DNA from: Spirochaetota bacterium
GTDB taxonomy: Bacteria > Spirochaetota > UBA4802 > UBA5550
Assembly (NCBI GenBank): GCA_029564515.1
Contig: JAKQPV010000048.1
Span: 15,610-79,609, forward strand
DNA: 64,000 bases
Reading direction: 5' to 3'
Part shown: piece after piece, positions 62,378 to 64,000 of the stretch
Position numbering within the stretch: the stretch's first letter is position 1
Layout: the number at the start of each line of letters is the position of its first letter
Translations under genes and position numbers: made by a program
Notes under the pieces: model-generated
Told to the model about the DNA's origin: nothing
The model's input: only the letters and a program-made list of their open reading frames with translations
Database searches by the model: none

Positions 62378-63361
62378 ATGAAATATACCGATGCTTCAGG
62401 AACGGACATCATGGAACGAATGGTACATTACGAAGCCGCCGACTTTAACAGGAAGGACCTCCTCCGCGCCAAGGGCGGGCGAAGGGTGTTCGTCGTGTTC
62501 TCCACCTTCGGCGAACGCGAGGCGGGCCTCATCCATGACAAGATCGCCGTCCTGAAAAAGGAGCTGGCCGGTTACATCGACGGGATACTCGTATCGCACC
62601 GGCGCGCCGGGGACACCGAGGAGCAGACCGAGCGCAGGGCGCGCGACGCCTGGGACCGCGTCGAGGTCCTGGTGTGCAACGGCTACGCCGTCCCGGACAT
62701 GGGCGACGAGCGGGGCAAGGGCGCGGACATGCGGCGCGCCCTGTACCATATCAACACCTCCTGGAAGCAGGGGGCCTCCGCCCGCGACGTGGTCGTGGTG
62801 TTCCTCGACGCGGACGTGGTGCCGCGGTACTTCGGCGCGCATTTCGTCATGGCCCTGAGCGGGGCGGTGTTCGACGGCAACGATTTCGCCCGCGCGAGCT
62901 TCTGGAGGGCCCTGGGCCGCGTCAAGAAGTTCGTGGCCCAGCCGCTCTTCTCGGTCATAGACCATCCCGCCCTGAAGGGGATGACCGATTACCATTACCC
63001 GCTCTCGGGCGAGGTCGCCGGGACGCTGGCGTTTTTCAACGCCGTGCATTTCTGGCAGCGGTACGGGGTCGAGACCGGCATCAACGTCGACACCTGCCTG
63101 AACGGGCACCGGGTGGCGGACGTGAACCTGGGCCTGTACGACCACGAGCACCATGGCGACATCGATCTCCAGAAAATGGCTTTCGGCATCATCCGCACCT
63201 ACCTGATGCAGCTGCGCGACTACGGCATCATCAGGCTTGAGGACGGCGCGACGATATCGGATACGTTCAAGGAGTGCTTCATCGACGAGGGGGGAACCCG
63301 CCGCCGCCTCGAGTTCGAGCTGAGTGAGAAAAAGTACGAACCGCTGAAGGACATACTATGA
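62378..63361 (+). CDS. GT81-type glycosyltransferase, glucosyl-3-phosphoglycerate synthase-like
   Basis: By-eye alignment to GpgS blocks: 'GKGADMRRAL', DxD 'VFLDADV', 'YPLSGEVA', 'YGVETGINVD' and 'NLGLYDHEHH'. A TTGACA/TATACC promoter at 62361-62389 suggests the real start may be ATG 62411 or 62420. Confidence 0.6.
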   Translation: MKYTDASGTDIMERMVHYEAADFNRKDLLRAKGGRRVFVVFSTFGEREAGLIHDKIAVLKKELAGYIDGILVSHRRAGDTEEQTERRARDAWDRVEVLVCNGYAVPDMGDERGKGADMRRALYHINTSWKQGASARDVVVVFLDADVVPRYFGAHFVMALSGAVFDGNDFARASFWRALGRVKKFVAQPLFSVIDHPALKGMTDYHYPLSGEVAGTLAFFNAVHFWQRYGVETGINVDTCLNGHRVADVNLGLYDHEHHGDIDLQKMAFGIIRTYLMQLRDYGIIRLEDGATISDTFKECFIDEGGTRRRLEFELSEKKYEPLKDIL

Positions 63362-63951
63362 GCGGCATGATGGACAGGGCAAAGATGAAGGCCCACGAGC
63401 GGACGATAACCATGGCCACCTATCCGGCCGGTGAGGGACGGGTGGTGGTCGAGGGGCGCCTGGTCGACCGGCGGCTGGGCGATTACTACCTGGTTACCGG
63501 GGAGAAGAGGGAGGCCGGCGAGATACACCACATGGTGATACGGCTCCTGGTAAACACCGGCACCCTGGCCATAGAAGACGTCGAGGTCGAGCTGGTGTCC
63601 GTTCCACGCGGGGAGTGCGCTGCGGTCCGCGACAGCCTCGCGGTCATAAAGGGCGAGCGGATCGTCCGGGGATACTCGGACCGGATGAAGGAGCTCCTTG
63701 GCGGCGTGAAGAGCTGTACCCACCTGGTGACCCTCCTTATCGCGATGGGCCCCGCGGCCCTGCAGGGCATCTTCTCGAGCCGCGCCCGGAAGCCGATGGA
63801 CCTGGCCTCGATGGTCGCGGACCCGGTACGCGTGAAGTTTTTCATGGATACGATCGTCAACACCTGCCACGTGTGGCGCGAGGGCGGCCCGGAGCTGAAG
63901 AGGCTCCGGGACTTCATAGGCTCGATGGGCGGGACTACTTCTTCAAAATGA
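63358..63951 (+). CDS. DUF2889-like protein
   Basis: 197 aa. ATGA overlap with the preceding gene. The 'VKSCTHLVTLL' motif matches my recollection of DUF2889. The family call is tentative. Confidence 0.5.
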   Translation: MSGMMDRAKMKAHERTITMATYPAGEGRVVVEGRLVDRRLGDYYLVTGEKREAGEIHHMVIRLLVNTGTLAIEDVEVELVSVPRGECAAVRDSLAVIKGERIVRGYSDRMKELLGGVKSCTHLVTLLIAMGPAALQGIFSSRARKPMDLASMVADPVRVKFFMDTIVNTCHVWREGGPELKRLRDFIGSMGGTTSSK

Positions 63952-64000
63952 GGATGACCGTCAGGTCGTCGTTCAGCTCGCGGTTCCCGACAAAAGCAAA
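63935..64000 (-). CDS. 3' end of a gene truncated by the window edge, possibly a PP2C/SpoIIE-family phosphatase
   Basis: The minus-strand frame reads '...FAFVGNRELNDDLTVILILKK*' with the stop at 63935-63937. 'DD.T.I.LK' is a typical SpoIIE/PP2C C-terminus. Only 21 codons are visible. Confidence 0.3.
   Translation of the reverse strand, partial: FAFVGNRELNDDLTVILILKK

Overview
This 64-kb window looks like chromosomal DNA from a high-G+C diderm bacterium. It carries lgt, lnt, a LolA-like protein and an OmpA-domain protein. Intergenic regions are AT-rich and hold canonical TTGACA / TATAAT-like promoter boxes. I support about 57 protein-coding genes, including one 21-codon fragment at the right edge, and one tRNA-Ala(GGC). 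I saw no rRNA, CRISPR array, transposase, integrase or phage genes. Most genes are housekeeping: proC, lnt, rsmE, thiE, dapA, dapB, rho, rpmE, lgt, an M16 peptidase pair, greA, rpsA, ilvD, rsgA and a sugar-nucleotide module. The many long antisense or out-of-frame ORFs in the track are the usual high-G+C shadow ORFs. All domain calls come from reading the translated ORFs for known family motifs by eye; no database search was run. The best candidate for an undescribed system is a seven-gene, same-strand cluster at about 29.1-38.3 kb. Two paralogous membrane-anchored TPR proteins, each with a degenerate Mrr-type PD-(D/E)xK C-terminal domain, bracket four genes. These are a cNMP-binding / ParA-like P-loop / catalytically eroded patatin fusion, a 4-TM protein, a STAS protein and a 735-aa protein of unknown function. 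The cluster ends with a ParB-like N-terminal-domain protein. Other items worth a second look: a 61-aa stand-alone MshEN-type putative c-di-GMP receptor; a FAAL-ACP-LpxL-like acyltransferase tri-domain fusion coupled to an RseC-like gene; a CocE/NonD hydrolase with both a lipobox and a tripartite C-terminal sorting-like tail; phased heptad repeat arrays in inverted orientation beside tRNA-Ala, with a related array upstream of rsgA; a DUF3592 / triple-zinc-ribbon propeller gene pair; and a visibly lower-G+C accessory patch at about 52.7-56.4 kb.
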